Below are positions 38,060 to 50,860 of a DNA stretch of 64,000 bases, piece after piece. The position numbers and the translations under genes are program-made. Within the stretch, counting starts at the first letter, position 1. Each line of letters opens with the position of its first letter. This DNA is from Botryllus schlosseri (taxonomy: Eukaryota): assembly GCA_051294905.1 (NCBI GenBank), contig CM119371.1, positions 2,606,001 through 2,670,000 on the forward strand. Direction: 5' to 3'. The notes under the pieces are model-generated. The model worked only from the letters and a program-made list of their open reading frames with translations, was not told the origin of the DNA and did no database searches.

Positions 38060-38530
38060 AATTTCACAGGCTAGGCCTACTTGATAAAATTTTTAGATTG
38101 GCTAAAAATCGCTGCACACCAAATTTGGTACAATGGCAATCTGTATAGCCACATTGCTACAAGAAAGTTTTGGATTTATTACCGGTACGTGACAATTTTT
38201 TTTTTTCTGTCAACAACATGAAATTGTTAGGTTGCCTAGAGGAACGCTCCACACAAAATTTGGCTCCAATTCCAACCAGTGGAGCCAAAGTTATTGTCGT
38301 AGAAAAATTTGCATTCGACAAAATGAAAATACTAGTAATAGACTAATTCTAAGCCACCGTGAATACTATTTTATTCAAATCCATAATTTTCTACTACAAT
38401 AACTATACGCTTACGCTGGTTGGAAATGAGCCCAATTTGGTGTACAGGTTGATTTTTAGCTAACCTATGAAAACAATCTTATCAAGTAGAGCCAATGAAA
38501 ATTGAAAAAGGTATGTTTAAACAGCCCCAA
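38060..38530. mobile_element. Fold-back MITE-like element between the two promoter copies
   Basis: ctacttgataa...ggctaaaaatcgctgcacaccaaatttgg is mirrored by cccaatttggtgtacaggttgatttttagc...ttatcaagtag. Confidence 0.6.
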
Positions 38531-38754
38531 TGTACTCGATTACGATTACAATTAATTGTGATTTTCCCTGCCTGGTGCAGCCACCATCCCTATGATCGTA
38601 ATTGTAATCAATAATCATGGGCTTTATTTATTGAGCCTATATAGTTTCCTAAAAATGACCTTTTTTTGTGTGATGAAATTGTCACGTTGACTAAATAAAT
38701 TCTGCATTCCGAATTCGTCTTAATTTCAACCTACATAAATATTGCCATTAGACG

Positions 38755-38890
38755 AGTCAGCTAAAGTATCATTCATATCTTTACCTTAAGGCTATTGAGA
38801 AATATATGTACCTTCTCTATCTCCTCTGCATGGTAACGCTAACTGGTGAGGTTGTAACAACTAAAAACCAACTTTTATAATTCGCACGCA
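38755..38890 (-). promoter_or_regulatory. Duplicate (distal) copy of the candidate promoter/first exon
   Basis: Direct repeat of 37895-38030, offset 860 bp. TATAAAAG at 38879-38872, Inr-like A at 38847, donor AG|gtacat after 38812. Confidence 0.5.
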
Positions 38891-38927
38891 GCCCGACAGA
38901 CAGCGCCACAGCTGATAGTGAAGTTAT

Positions 38928-39199
38928 AGAAATTACTGAATCTGGTCTTGATCGAAAGCTACTGTTGCACCGATTCCGAAAATATAAATTAAAATATTGA
39001 TCTGGCACTGATCCACTTACACCGCACACAATGGCCATAACAATGACCCGTTACGACTCTCCGATTGTTCGAACAATGCCGATATTTCGGACTTCGAGGA
39101 CGGATCCTAGGTGGATCAGACCCTGATCATTATTTTAATTTATATTTTCGGAATTGGTGCAACAGTAGCTTTCGATCAAGACCAGATTCAATAATTTCT
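38928..39199. repeat. Near-perfect inverted repeat, 75-bp arms (38928-39002 / 39125-39199)
   Basis: Arms are reverse complements with about 3 mismatches; weaker similarity extends about 18 bp further inward. Confidence 0.9.
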
Positions 39200-42100
39200 G
39201 GGCTCGGGAAGATAGCTTTTGGATTGCCAGAAATCCAACAGTCGCATACGCAAAACAATTCCCCACTCCAGCCTCGGCGAAGCGCAACGAAGCTGCAAAA
39301 TCGGTCGTTGCCGTTCCATGTTTAATTTCTATAGTGTAAGTTGCCTATAAAATTTCTAACCACAGCAAACCTAAATTGTCTTGTGCCGATAGTGCGGTAT
39401 GATCGGCCATACTTTATCCACAATGCGAGCAACCGCAATAATATTTTGACAGTCACAATAGATGTGAACACACTAAAATTCCACTCGTACCAAGTTTGTT
39501 CGACACCAACGTGTGAACAGGGTCCAACTACGACCCAATTGAATTCGCCGGTCTACATTCTGATTCATCAACTTTTTTGATCACCGACCCCTTCAACTTT
39601 ACTTGCGCGTAATCGTAAAATCGCTCGGCCTCGCGACCCTTTTAGATTGATTTAAAGCCCTCGATGGAACGTATTTTCATTATTATTTCTTAGTGATAGC
39701 AATAAAGCGTTCATCTTCATTTTCTCGATCAGCTCTCTCTTGATCAGCTGATCTCACTCCATGTTTGACACGAGACATGGCAATCGATAACTGCTGAGAA
39801 ACACGACAAGTAGGCCTAGATGTTATCCTACCGATATGAAATTATATTGCACGATACATATTACCGTCCCGTCGCTTTAGTTTGCTAACAAACTGTTTTA
39901 TGCCTTCATGATGCTGTCAGTTATCCCATCTTGCATGGGCTATACCAATTGCGCAGATCTTGCGCCAAGCTGAATATTCACAACATATATTGCCACTTCA
40001 ACTGCACGAAACTCGTTCATTGTGTTACATCGCTGAGAACATCATGTGCATTGCAACCTTTGATGATGATAATTTCTCACGAATTTCGCCTATGAAACGC
40101 CATATAGACGAGTTACCGTCCGATTTAAAACTATCGTCAATGCAATGTACATTCCATCGTTACGACAAGTATCATCATAATATTTCGGTTGCCTGATGAC
40201 ATTGGTGGGCTCCATATGGAGTAAATCGACATTGTCATGTGACTGGGAGTTTTTATACGAGTCGTGAACTCATATATATGATGGATCAAATACCAGTTCA
40301 CGGTCGGATAGTTTTATTAAACTTAACTGTCATACATGGAAAGCAGGCTTATAGCACATTATATGAGTGGCAACTTAACTGCGACACGCTACTTCATCAT
40401 AATGAATTTTACGAAGGCTTTTGATTGAAGAGTGATATCAAATAATAATGAGTAAAGTAGTCATTGGAAAAACTGCTGCAAAACCCTATAATGCTATGTT
40501 ATCTTGTCAATATGAAATTAAATTACATAATAAACATCAGCAACACTCCGCTATAGTTGTTCACTAACTGTTCTATTTCTTTGTGACGCTGTGTTCATAA
40601 CAGCAGCATAGGTTATCCAATCCGGCATTGACAATGCTAACTGAACAGTGCCTGTACCAGACTGCATATTCGTCGAAAATACTGTCACTTACAGCACGAA
40701 GCTCGGGATTGCATTACATCGCTATGAACTGATTCCTGTGCGGTTTACGCGCTCACAGGTCTGCATTTTAAATCGATTTCACGCGTGAGTCAGCTTGCAA
40801 TTGCTTCCGGAGTGCAAGTAACACGATCGATACTCAAACTGAACTATATATATATCCTAATACATTGCATTTCACTACAGACATGCGACGCATTATCGTA
40901 ACACATTACATCAAATACGTTATCGTAGTAAATGTAATAAATACCGATCGCTAAGCAAAATCTCTCCTGCAGTCAACAACTACCGAGAACAACGCTGTTC
41001 ATACTGCTTGCTATATTTGATCACTGTCAGGCACAATCAATTGCTGCGGACTCTAGTTAACACGAATCATTATTCGTATGAAGCAGTGCTTTTCATCCCG
41101 TGTGACGGTTCGCACTCGTGCGAATGAAAAAAAAATGAAGTGCCAATGACGAAGGTGGTGCAAATCGTGCGAATCAAAAATCCGGATGAGTGCGAATGAA
41201 AGTCGCGAGGAATAATTGTTCATTTTTCTGACGTGAAATAATTCGAATAAACGTAATAGGAAATTCAAGGGCAGTGTATCTTTTGTAATTGCGACGCAAT
41301 TGTATCTTGTTCAACTTACGACGCACCACTAATCGTGGTTCTCGCAAGCCGTATGCAATTAATATTTTCGCACTGTAATTATTACGTAGCCAAAAGCCTG
41401 GTTTAGAAGCTTGCGTCGTGGCAGACATGCAGCATATCAGCCCGTCTGAGCCTGTGACACGCTGAACTAATGACGTCAAATTGACTTTCTGCTTTCTTTC
41501 GCTAAACAATCATCTTATTTTCGTAATAGCTGATCGATTAGCACGAGGGACGAGGATAGTATTAAATTCCATCATTACAGACCCACGTTTGCAAGTTACT
41601 GTAACGCAAATTCATACCACTTCAAGGGTTCTGCAAAAGTTATAAGTTTGGGTCGACACGGTGACATAGCTATCTGTTAATATGCATATGTAATATTTTT
41701 TGAGTCTATTATTGCAAAAGAAATCCTGCGATAGTTTTCACATATCAAAGATCACTGTTACTGCAGCCAATAAGCGAGACACGCAGAAAAATGATTTGAT
41801 CATGAGAATCTGCCGACCTTTGGTTTAAATTCATGATAAGATTTGTCCTAATGGTTTTGTGGATAACATGGACGAAGAGAGTTGGGATGAACTAGTGTAG
41901 GGGTGTGTAACGAGCGAGTTCAGGCATGAAAGTCATTCAATACAAGGCCAACCCCTTCTGCGTCGGGACACATGAAGACGTAAAGCACTATTTTTTCAGG
42001 TTTTTCATAATGTCCTCCGAGGACGCCTAAAAATCTGGTCAGGGCTCTGCAACTCGCACACCAATTACCCGAATATGTGAAAAAATGACCTAGTTTAGCA

Positions 42101-43213
42101 CCAGTAAAATGACCATAAAATGATCTAATGCGGCGTTACAATTATTCGTTAGAAAGCCCAAACTATAGGGCAACAATGTCGCAAGATTACGAGTCACATG
42201 TAAACCTTACTTTTTCGTATTTACTCGAGTCAAGTCTATTCATCTCCGAGTCAAGTCCTAGTCCAAGTCGTCGAATCGGAGGGGGGGGGTGGAGTAGTCC
42301 GAGTCACGGAATCGTGTTCAGTGATCGTTATCGCGTTCTAGTTAGGTTGGTACCCAATATTTACAACTCTGCTTGAGTGATACGCCTATCGAATGCCTTA
42401 CATTCACATTATGCCGATTATCATCATTAACAATTTCAGGCATAAATTTTGATGTACGACTACTCATGGACGGAATATCAATATTATGTAAATTAACCAC
42501 TCTTCACGGTTACAATTAAATGTCTCTCCTGGCTGGCCGAGTCACGATTCATATGACTTGCGCGAGTCATGCGCAATTACTCGAATATAAGTCAAGTCAA
42601 TACAAAATTGATTGACTCAATTCGTGTAGAGTCATTTTCAGTATCGAAGAAATTGTCTCGCGTAAAGTCGAGTCACCTAAAAATCGTGACTCAAGTCGGA
42701 CTGGAGTCATTACAACCCTGCCGATTTCTGGACTTGCATATCGTCCAACGATGCCGCCACTGCACAGTGCACACCTATCAGTAGGTTGGTTGTATATAGC
42801 ATCAGCATAAAAGAACAACTTCCAAATGCGTTACGCATCAAACCCCAGGTACGTTTTCGTGTCCACCTTATTGGAAAAGGCGTGAGCATGTTTTGAAACC
42901 AGATCATCGTACACACACCTTTCTTTGATATTTTTGTCCTCTACCCCGAAGCCTGTATTTTCTTGCCTTCTTATTGCTCTTGATGCTTTCGCATGACTTT
43001 CCGCTACTCGGACTAGATTATGTGTTTCCTGTGAAGACGCCTTTGCTGCACAATCTTGCCCTGGTCTCTCGAATGGATGATTGGGCAACGGGAGTTTATT
43101 ACGGCTGGCTGTCATACCGTCGATGCCTTCATAGGGAAGTCTAGTAGTTGGATTTAACGAATCCATAGATCGAGTCGTTTTCCTGTTCTGCATTCCAGAG
43201 TTGTGTAGCGTTC

Positions 43214-43462
43214 TCAGTCTTTTCTTGTGAGCGACCGAATCTTACGATGACGTTCTTGTCCAATGTTATCGGTTTTGGTTGGATTAAGGATCGGCATCGT
43301 TCGGCGAACCGATCTTCTTTTTAGCTTCTGCTTTTGGAGAAATTCTGCCTCACAGTGTGCGTTGATTTTGAGCGCTTTAATAGAATGGAGGAATCGGTTG
43401 ATTTGACTGAGAAAAATATTCCTTGTATCACGGTAACTTGATATATTTTCAAAAATAGTGGG
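43214..43462 (-). pseudogene. Coding-like segment of unknown family, paralogous to 61700-62058
   Basis: Open frame PTIFENISSYRDTRNIFLSQINRFLH...EFLQKQKL...RKIRSLTRKD*. Its differences from the 62-kb copy are biased to third codon positions. Confidence 0.4.
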
Positions 43463-45102
43463 CTACTTATTAATCGGGCTTCACACAATGATTGGAGTAA
43501 TCGAATCTGAATGGAGATTGGAGAATTAACTCCATGATTCGAATCAAAAAGTGAGACATGATTTTTCGGACACGAAAATGATAAGCTCATTGCTTCAAAT
43601 CGTTAATTCCTTATTGAAAATTGTAGTTTGGATACGATTTTCCCTTGCGGATGACTGTATATACAATAGGGCTGGGCACAATGATCAGAGTATCTGAATC
43701 TGAATTAAGTATTAATTCTAATGATTGGAGTCAAGTAGCGAAATTATGCGACCCTTGCCAATAGGGTCGTACAAAAATTGAGTACCTGAGTGAATCGATT
43801 CATAATCACGTATCAGTGTACGAGTCGAGTATTCGAGTATCACTCTTCACGACGAAATACCAGTAAGATGTCAAAGTTCATACATGTGCCTTTCAAGCTA
43901 CTGCAAAGAATACAATGCCTGTACTTTGGTATTTTTCGACCATACCGATTTCATTGCACTTTGCTACAATGCTATGGGTAGGTCATTACTTCAGAACTAT
44001 GTTAATCCCACTAACATTCGTATCTTTGTACTACATGTTCCGTTTGCCGCGACCCAACCGACCGAGATTTCAATGCTTCCAAATACTGCCGTAACTATAA
44101 TTCTCGGTACAAATTAAATTTCATTGACAAGTAGCTTATGATATCAGTACTCTATAGATTCAATAATCGAAGCAAATTTGATTACTCGAATCATTGTATC
44201 CATCCCTATTGGCCAATAAACGTTAATTAATGAACCAGAACCGTAGTTACCATCGTATTTTCCAATGGAACTCTAGTGCTCATATAACAGCTTACGAAAG
44301 CTGTCGTACCAAACTATGTCAGCGGAAATGAGAAATCTGTGAAGTTGTGATCAGCGCACAGCATTCGCAATGAAATAGGCATGGTCGACAAATACCATAC
44401 TGTACTCAATATGATATATAACCGGCATACAGGCGGCTGTAATTCACTGAAATAAGTGATGCAACTTATCCCAAAACAACTTTATACTTTTAAAAATGAA
44501 ATTGTAAAAGGAGCTAGTTGGAAGTGGAATTCGTCAAAAACAATGGTTTTTAATCATGTGTCCAGCGCCCCATGGTGGTAATTTGTGTTTTGTAGGGGGC
44601 GGAAACACTCAGGGGTGATATGGGGGTGCTGGGACTTTATAGGGGGCGCCGAAGAAAAATGGCGATTTAGTTATAGTTATTAGCTGTGTTGTTAGTTACT
44701 TGGTTAGGATTTTTAAGGTCGTTGTTAATAGATTAGTTGAAGCAGAGAGTCTTGCATTGTCAGTACAGAGTTTGCAAATCCAATAGTTTGTACAAGTCTG
44801 GTTGCAGCACCACAATAGTGGATCAAAATTATTCATGGACGCAACTACATACGTTTTCCACACCATTCAGCGCGTTCATACAAATTGTCCCATCTTCAGA
44901 GGTCTTGAATTGGATGAAGCACATCTGTTGGATATTTCAATGGCGGATTTGATGGAGATCTGAATACAAGATGTCAAAAACGTGACAGCAATGCATTCAA
45001 GCACACTAATACATCAAGGAGTTGTACAATGTACAGGCACCTGATGACTATACAGCTAATGGTAATAGTAGTAGTATAGATCGCTCGTGATGCGCCATTG
45101 TT

Positions 45103-45330
45103 TCTTATGGGCGGGGTGGCGAGCTAACGAGAAACCGGGGGTGGCGAGCTAACGTTTTCGTCTTATGGCGGGGGTGGCGAGCTAACGTTTTCGTCTTATG
45201 GCGGGGGTGGCGAGCGGCACTTATTTCTTATGGCGGGGGTGGTGAGCGGCAATTATGTCTTATGGCGGGGGTGGCGAGCGGCTATTGCGTCTTATGGTGG
45301 AGCTGGCATGCGGTTATTGTGTCTTATGGG
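45103..45330. repeat. Subterminal GC-rich tandem repeat, about 31-33 bp unit TCTTATGGCGGGGGTGGCGAGC... (mirrored at about 58700-58930)
   Basis: About 6-7 consecutive imperfect copies visible. Confidence 0.9.
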
Positions 45331-45696
45331 TGCGGTCGTGACTCGCCCTTTCAGGTATAGCTCGTGGCGGTGATTCGCCGTGAAAACTCGTGGTCGTGAC
45401 TCGTCTTTTTTGCTATAGGTGGTGGCGGTGATTCGCCTGTCGTGTATTCTTACGGGTGCGGTCGTGATTCGTACTTTCAGGCATCTCTCGTGCGGTGTTG
45501 AATATGTACGAGTCACCAACAATAACCGCACAAACGGAAACGTGGCTTGTTGTGAGGATTAAGCAGTGCGTGCGACCTATATTTCGAATGACCTGCGTGT
45601 GGAATTGTTTCCCGGCCAACTGCGTGCTACTATCGATTATTACACTAATCCATTCAGTGCGAAATAGTTTGCTAAATCTAGGAGTCACTTCCAAGG

Positions 45697-46560
45697 TAAT
45701 ATTTTGGTAATTAGTTTACCACGGAGCCGGCGTAGACGGCGATTCCAATACCAACAATAGCCGCGTTCACATATTAACACTCCAAATAGGTGTGAAATAG
45801 TTTGCAAACCCTGCGATCGCTGACAAGATAATGTCTCAGACATACGCGACTTGATGTTACAGGCATATCGATCACTCACGCGGTGAAATTTTCGTAAGCA
45901 GTTTGGGACAGAGCTTGATTTCACTCGTAAGATTTAATAAGTAACGAATAACAGACCGCCAGTGTCGGTAACTTGAATAGCGACAAATTGCCACTTATTT
46001 CCGCTCTAACCCTAATCCTTTGTGAAGTGAACGCTTATTCAAAAAGGTGTGAAATATTGGTAAAATCCCGCGACCGCTCACAAGATAATACCTAAGACAT
46101 AACCATCGCTCGCGACTCGCTGTTACATACACGCCGATCGTTGACAATGTAATATTTTGGTAATTGGTTTGCCACATAACCGGCGTAGACGGTGATACCA
46201 ACAATAGCCGCGTTCACATATTAACACTCCAAAAAGGTGTGAAATAGGTTGCAAACCCCGCGATCGCTGACAAGATATTGTCTCGGACATAACCATCTTT
46301 CGCGACTTGCTGTTACATACATTCCAATCACTCACAAGATACTATTTTGGTACTTAGTTTGTCACAGAACCGGATTTCGCTGGTAAAATTTAATAAGTAA
46401 CGAATAACAGAGCCGGCGTAGACGGTGATTCGAATACCGACAAATTTCCACTTATTTCTGCCCCAACCCTAATCCTCTGTGAAGTTGACGCTTATTCAAA
46501 AAAGGTGTGAAATAATTGTAAAATCCTACGTCGGTGACGCGATAATGCATCAGACATAGC
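45697..46560. repeat. Four imperfect direct-repeat modules of about 190-270 bp in the arm (mirrored at about 57470-58335)
   Basis: GGTGTGAAATA recurs at about 45789, 46045, 46236 and 46504, with shared CCGGCGTAGACGG and CGATCGCTGACAAGATA blocks. Confidence 0.85.
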
Positions 46561-46799
46561 GATCTAGTTATAGTACGGTGTCGGAATCCATTCGCGAGAT
46601 GTTCTATAGGTAAATTGAGATAATCCGAAACGAAATATTTTGACTTTGACGTAGTGTGAATTGAAATAGGATTGACAAACATGACCATCAACTTTCCCAC
46701 AGTCCCATATTGATATTATACGCACATTGATTTGAAACAAGTAATGGAACATTGCAACTCTATTCGCGATCCGACTTTTCGTTTGTCAAAGCGACATTT

Positions 46800-47700
46800 T
46801 AACATCTTACCATACTCAAAAGAATTATTTACAACATTAACAAGTGTTCAAAATCTAGTTTTCACTTACTTGATTATATCACTGCAACTCACAAATTTGA
46901 ATTAATTCATCCTGGTTGTATTTGTATGATCGGTCTTTTTTATTCAATTGTAAAGGTCGTTACTATTCTGAAGACAAAGTAAGCTATTTACTAATCGACA
47001 CATAAATGACTTGACATAAACATATTATATTTTGAGTATACGAGATTTGGATGTCTGAACAATAACTGAGAAATAATTTATCACAATAAAATCCGCATAT
47101 TACAGCGTAAAAGATGTTTGAATGTCAGCAACTCTGTACGGCCATAGTTACTATCACTAATTTACCCGACCAACTCGTCATGATCATTCCTGAAATCAAC
47201 ACAAATATGACCACTGACTTGAGTTAACCACAAAACAGCGTCAAGTTTTAAATCCACTTGTAGCTTACGGCTTATTTGAATGCGGGTTATGTTTTGTTGT
47301 AATTGAGTGTACGGAAATAGTATTACATCTCGACATCTTACCATCTTACCATATTCAAAGAGTCAACCACGAAAACATTGTCAAGTCAATCCGTTTGTAA
47401 CTTACCCAACTAACTCAAGCAGTATCAGTATGAAAACAACCAAGCATACACGAGTCCATACAATCGCTACAATCTAAAATCCATAGCAAGTTCGGTTTAG
47501 GCATATACCACCAACTCGTCCTTTTTGTTCAACTGTAAAAGTCGTTACTATACCACAAGACAAAGAGATTACTATGCGATATATTTTGTAAGACAAAAGT
47601 AATTACCACTCGGTGCAGGTGATTTGAGATTAACATAATATGTTTGAGTATACGAGATTTGAAAGTCTGATCAAAGTATAGTTGCGACTTCATTTCTTAC
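46800..47700. repeat. Diverged direct duplication within the arm (about 46800-47100 vs 47340-47700; mirrored in the right arm)
   Basis: Shared blocks CATCTTACCATA.TCAAA, GTCGTTACTAT...AAGACAAAG and TTTGAGTATACGAGATTTG. Confidence 0.7.
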
Positions 47701-50349
47701 AATCGAACGCTGGTGTTATATCGAAAGTTACCATTCTGTAAACATAAGGATTGATACATTGACGTGCCATATGCAATAGTTGATCATGGCTTGATTATTA
47801 CATTATTTGCGTTAATTAGACCCGGCGTTGTGGTAAAGGTTATTATGACAGCAACAAACTTTTCAGTGCCGTTGTTATTAACATATTGAGTTGTAAAACT
47901 ATGCGTGTCTGAAATGTTCTTGAATGGAAAATTATTTCACCTTGGTACATATCACCCTGCGTATCGCGGATATCAGAAAATATTTTACAAATGTAATTGT
48001 CTCCACTAACCAAGACTAAAGATGAAACAACAATTTCCTTTGTTGAACAATAACCGGTACAATACTTTATCATCGTAATCTGTGGTGAGAATTGAAACAC
48101 TTTCGCACATTACCCGGTGTCAAGATATCACTCTAGGTGAATTGACATACCACCGCTTGATTAATACCTAATCCGTTCGCACCATTTCACATACTTTGAT
48201 CATTACAAAAGTAAATTGGAATATGTTTGCTAGATGCATTCAATTCAGTTAGAAATGTCTGGTGCACAACAATCGTAATATCGAAAAAGTACTTGCTACA
48301 CTATAATTCACTAAACGTGTTTTGTATTGTTGTTCATTTGTAGTATTGATTGAAATTGTTTTTGAACCCTCAAATAATAATTCCCGACATGAAACTAAGC
48401 CGCTGAAAGTCGTTACCATCACAAAGAAACAATTTGCACGATGTTTACTAAATGTGTCCTATAGTTAGGTGTACTGGAATTATTTGTAAAACACACACAC
48501 ACACACACGATCAGAGAAATTGGAAATTTTTCCGTTGTCATTCGCTAAAGTAAATGTCGTCACAATACTCTGTCACTAAAAGACGTTACTTGGACGTGCT
48601 TGAATTCTAGACATAGTTCTGATTTACCCAACACAAGACCCAAGGACAACCCTAGTTTCAGCCGAACACAGATATCCAAAATATCACACACTTCGCTATT
48701 CCTAAAGCACAAACACCCGATACAAAATAATACTTGTTGTGTTGTTGCGGCATCATCACTCAACAATATCACCCTCAATACAAATGATGTTTATGTGTAA
48801 CATGCTATTGATTTGAACCACACCCACCTGACGGAAGAGGATTTACTCAATCTTTACAAAATGGATATTGACCAACATCACATCACCGGATTGTATCTGT
48901 TTCGCTGGATACGAGTTATGTTAGTTTAACAGTAAACAAATTTCACCCTCTTGGATTATGAACTCAATGCGTTAGCAGTCATTCAATATTTTGTTTGTGT
49001 CAACTAGTTACTTGGTATGTTACTCCACAACTCTTACAAAAGTACGAAAGATATTAACATCGCACTAAGTAATTAACTTTACTCGATATTCTCGCATTAC
49101 GAAACTAAAGAATGGTTGGTTAGACTCTACAAACTGTTTCGATATCACAAGACCTTTATTGTCTGAATGGGTGTTCATGTGTCTTAAGAACCAAATAGTT
49201 CAACACAGCGCTAGTACCAACAGAAACATCAGAGTTGTTTACACAAAAGTTTGTATGCGTACAGTATGCGAATACCATGCGTAAGTCCAGCACAATTGTG
49301 GTATCCATCCGGGTTTAGTTAACACAATTTACGACACCGAGGTCACCTCATCTTTCGTAAGACAACAAACCAACCAAGGTTTCAGGATATGTCCATGTTA
49401 TAGCAATAAATCAGCTACTCCAACAACAGAGTACATATGTTTTCTAGTTACGGTGCTTACATCTTACACACAAATCAATCTACTTTGCTAACAAAAAGTG
49501 CTGGGTCATCAAGTGATTGCCCTAGCAACAAAACAGCTAAACGTACTATCATACAAAATGGCCGTTATAGTCACCAACGGTACATGGTACAAGTAACAAG
49601 TCTCGAGAATCCAGTTATTGAAAAAACATGAAAGTGTTTCTCCTGCGCCAAGTCGTTATGTTGACGAAAGCGTATATTGTAGTATCATGATCGATTTGCA
49701 TTCGTTGGTCACAAAATGTCACTACTCTAAATAATTATTTTTCACTCAAACACAAACGCATACTTGTCACCAATCGTTTTCATCAAGCACGAGTTCAAGA
49801 AACCTGCTACGACATGAATTCCGATTTAGTTTTACAAATATTTTATAATTGTTTTTAGTAACACTATATCAATGTCATCAAGTTGAGTGTTTACGATATT
49901 GGTGTGTAGGTGTGTGTCATAGCCTACTTGGGGGGATCCGTATTACAATTGACTCGAATTGACTAAATGTAAGAAGGGTTGAAATGTTTCGAATCGATTC
50001 ATAAGTGGTCTTCGTTGTGGTTTTCGTCGGACATACAGCACGAACTAACTGTAGACTCCTCTCTGTTGTACAGCTACTCGGTAATCGAAATGCATTAACA
50101 TGTAAACAACGATCTTGTTTCGTCACACCAAAAATATGTTCACTGTCGCGATACTCCGCACAAGAGGTGCATAGCCTTTTCACACTCGTAATAGTATACC
50201 AACGTCAAGCGATAACGTTTAACAAGACCAACGACACTGAACCCACGACGTTTACCTATGTAAAATTACCACTTTCACTTGCCAGTCCATCGTTTACCTG
50301 ACTAAACATATTATTCTCCTTTGGAGATCTGACGTTTACCCAAAGTAAG

Positions 50350-50860
50350 AAACCATTTTCACTTGTAAATATATTTTTTCCTCGGCTAACAAACCTTTTT
50401 TCACTTGGAAATATATTTTTTTCCTGAGCAACAAACCTTTTTCACTTGGAAATATATTTTTTCTCTGGGTAACAAACCTTTTTCACTTGGAAATATATTT
50501 TTTCTCTGGTTAACAAACCTTTTTCACTTGGAAATATATTTTTTCTCTGGGCAACAAACCTTTTTCACTTGGAAATATATTTTTTACCCGGTAACAAACC
50601 TTTTTCCCTGAGCAACAAACCATTTTCACTTGGTGGTCCGTCGTTTACCCGAGTAAAAATATCATTTTCCTTTGGAGATCCGGCGTTTACCCAGTGTAAC
50701 AATACATTTTCACTTGGAAAAATACTTTTACCTAGAGTAACTAATCATTTTCTCCTGGGTAACAAACCCTTTTCGTCTGGAAACTATCATTTAACTGAGT
50801 ACCAATACCGTTTTCACTTGGAAATACATTTTTTCCCTGGGTAACAATACCGTTTTCGTT
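50350..50860. repeat. 41-bp minisatellite TTTTTCACTTGGAAATATATTTTTTCTCTGGGTAACAAACC (mirrored at about 53170-53680)
   Basis: About 6 close copies at 50350-50600, plus degenerate flanking copies. Confidence 0.9.

Noticed and set aside
39200..42100. Short ORFs between the promoter region and 42 kb
   Set aside because: No motifs, no consistent splice or phase chain, and lengths compatible with chance.
42831..43193. 120-aa ORF as a standalone gene
   Set aside because: No recognisable domain, bounded upstream by an in-frame stop, and in a different frame from the adjacent conserved segment. It may be part of the same decayed gene.
46003..46478. Telomeric repeat seeds (AACCCTAA) in the palindrome arm
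   Set aside because: Only single, imperfect units embedded within the larger direct-repeat modules.
50350..50620. CRISPR-like array (41-bp repeats; also the 31-33-bp repeats at 45103)
   Set aside because: Units are contiguous tandem copies without unique spacers; there are no cas genes and the context is eukaryotic.
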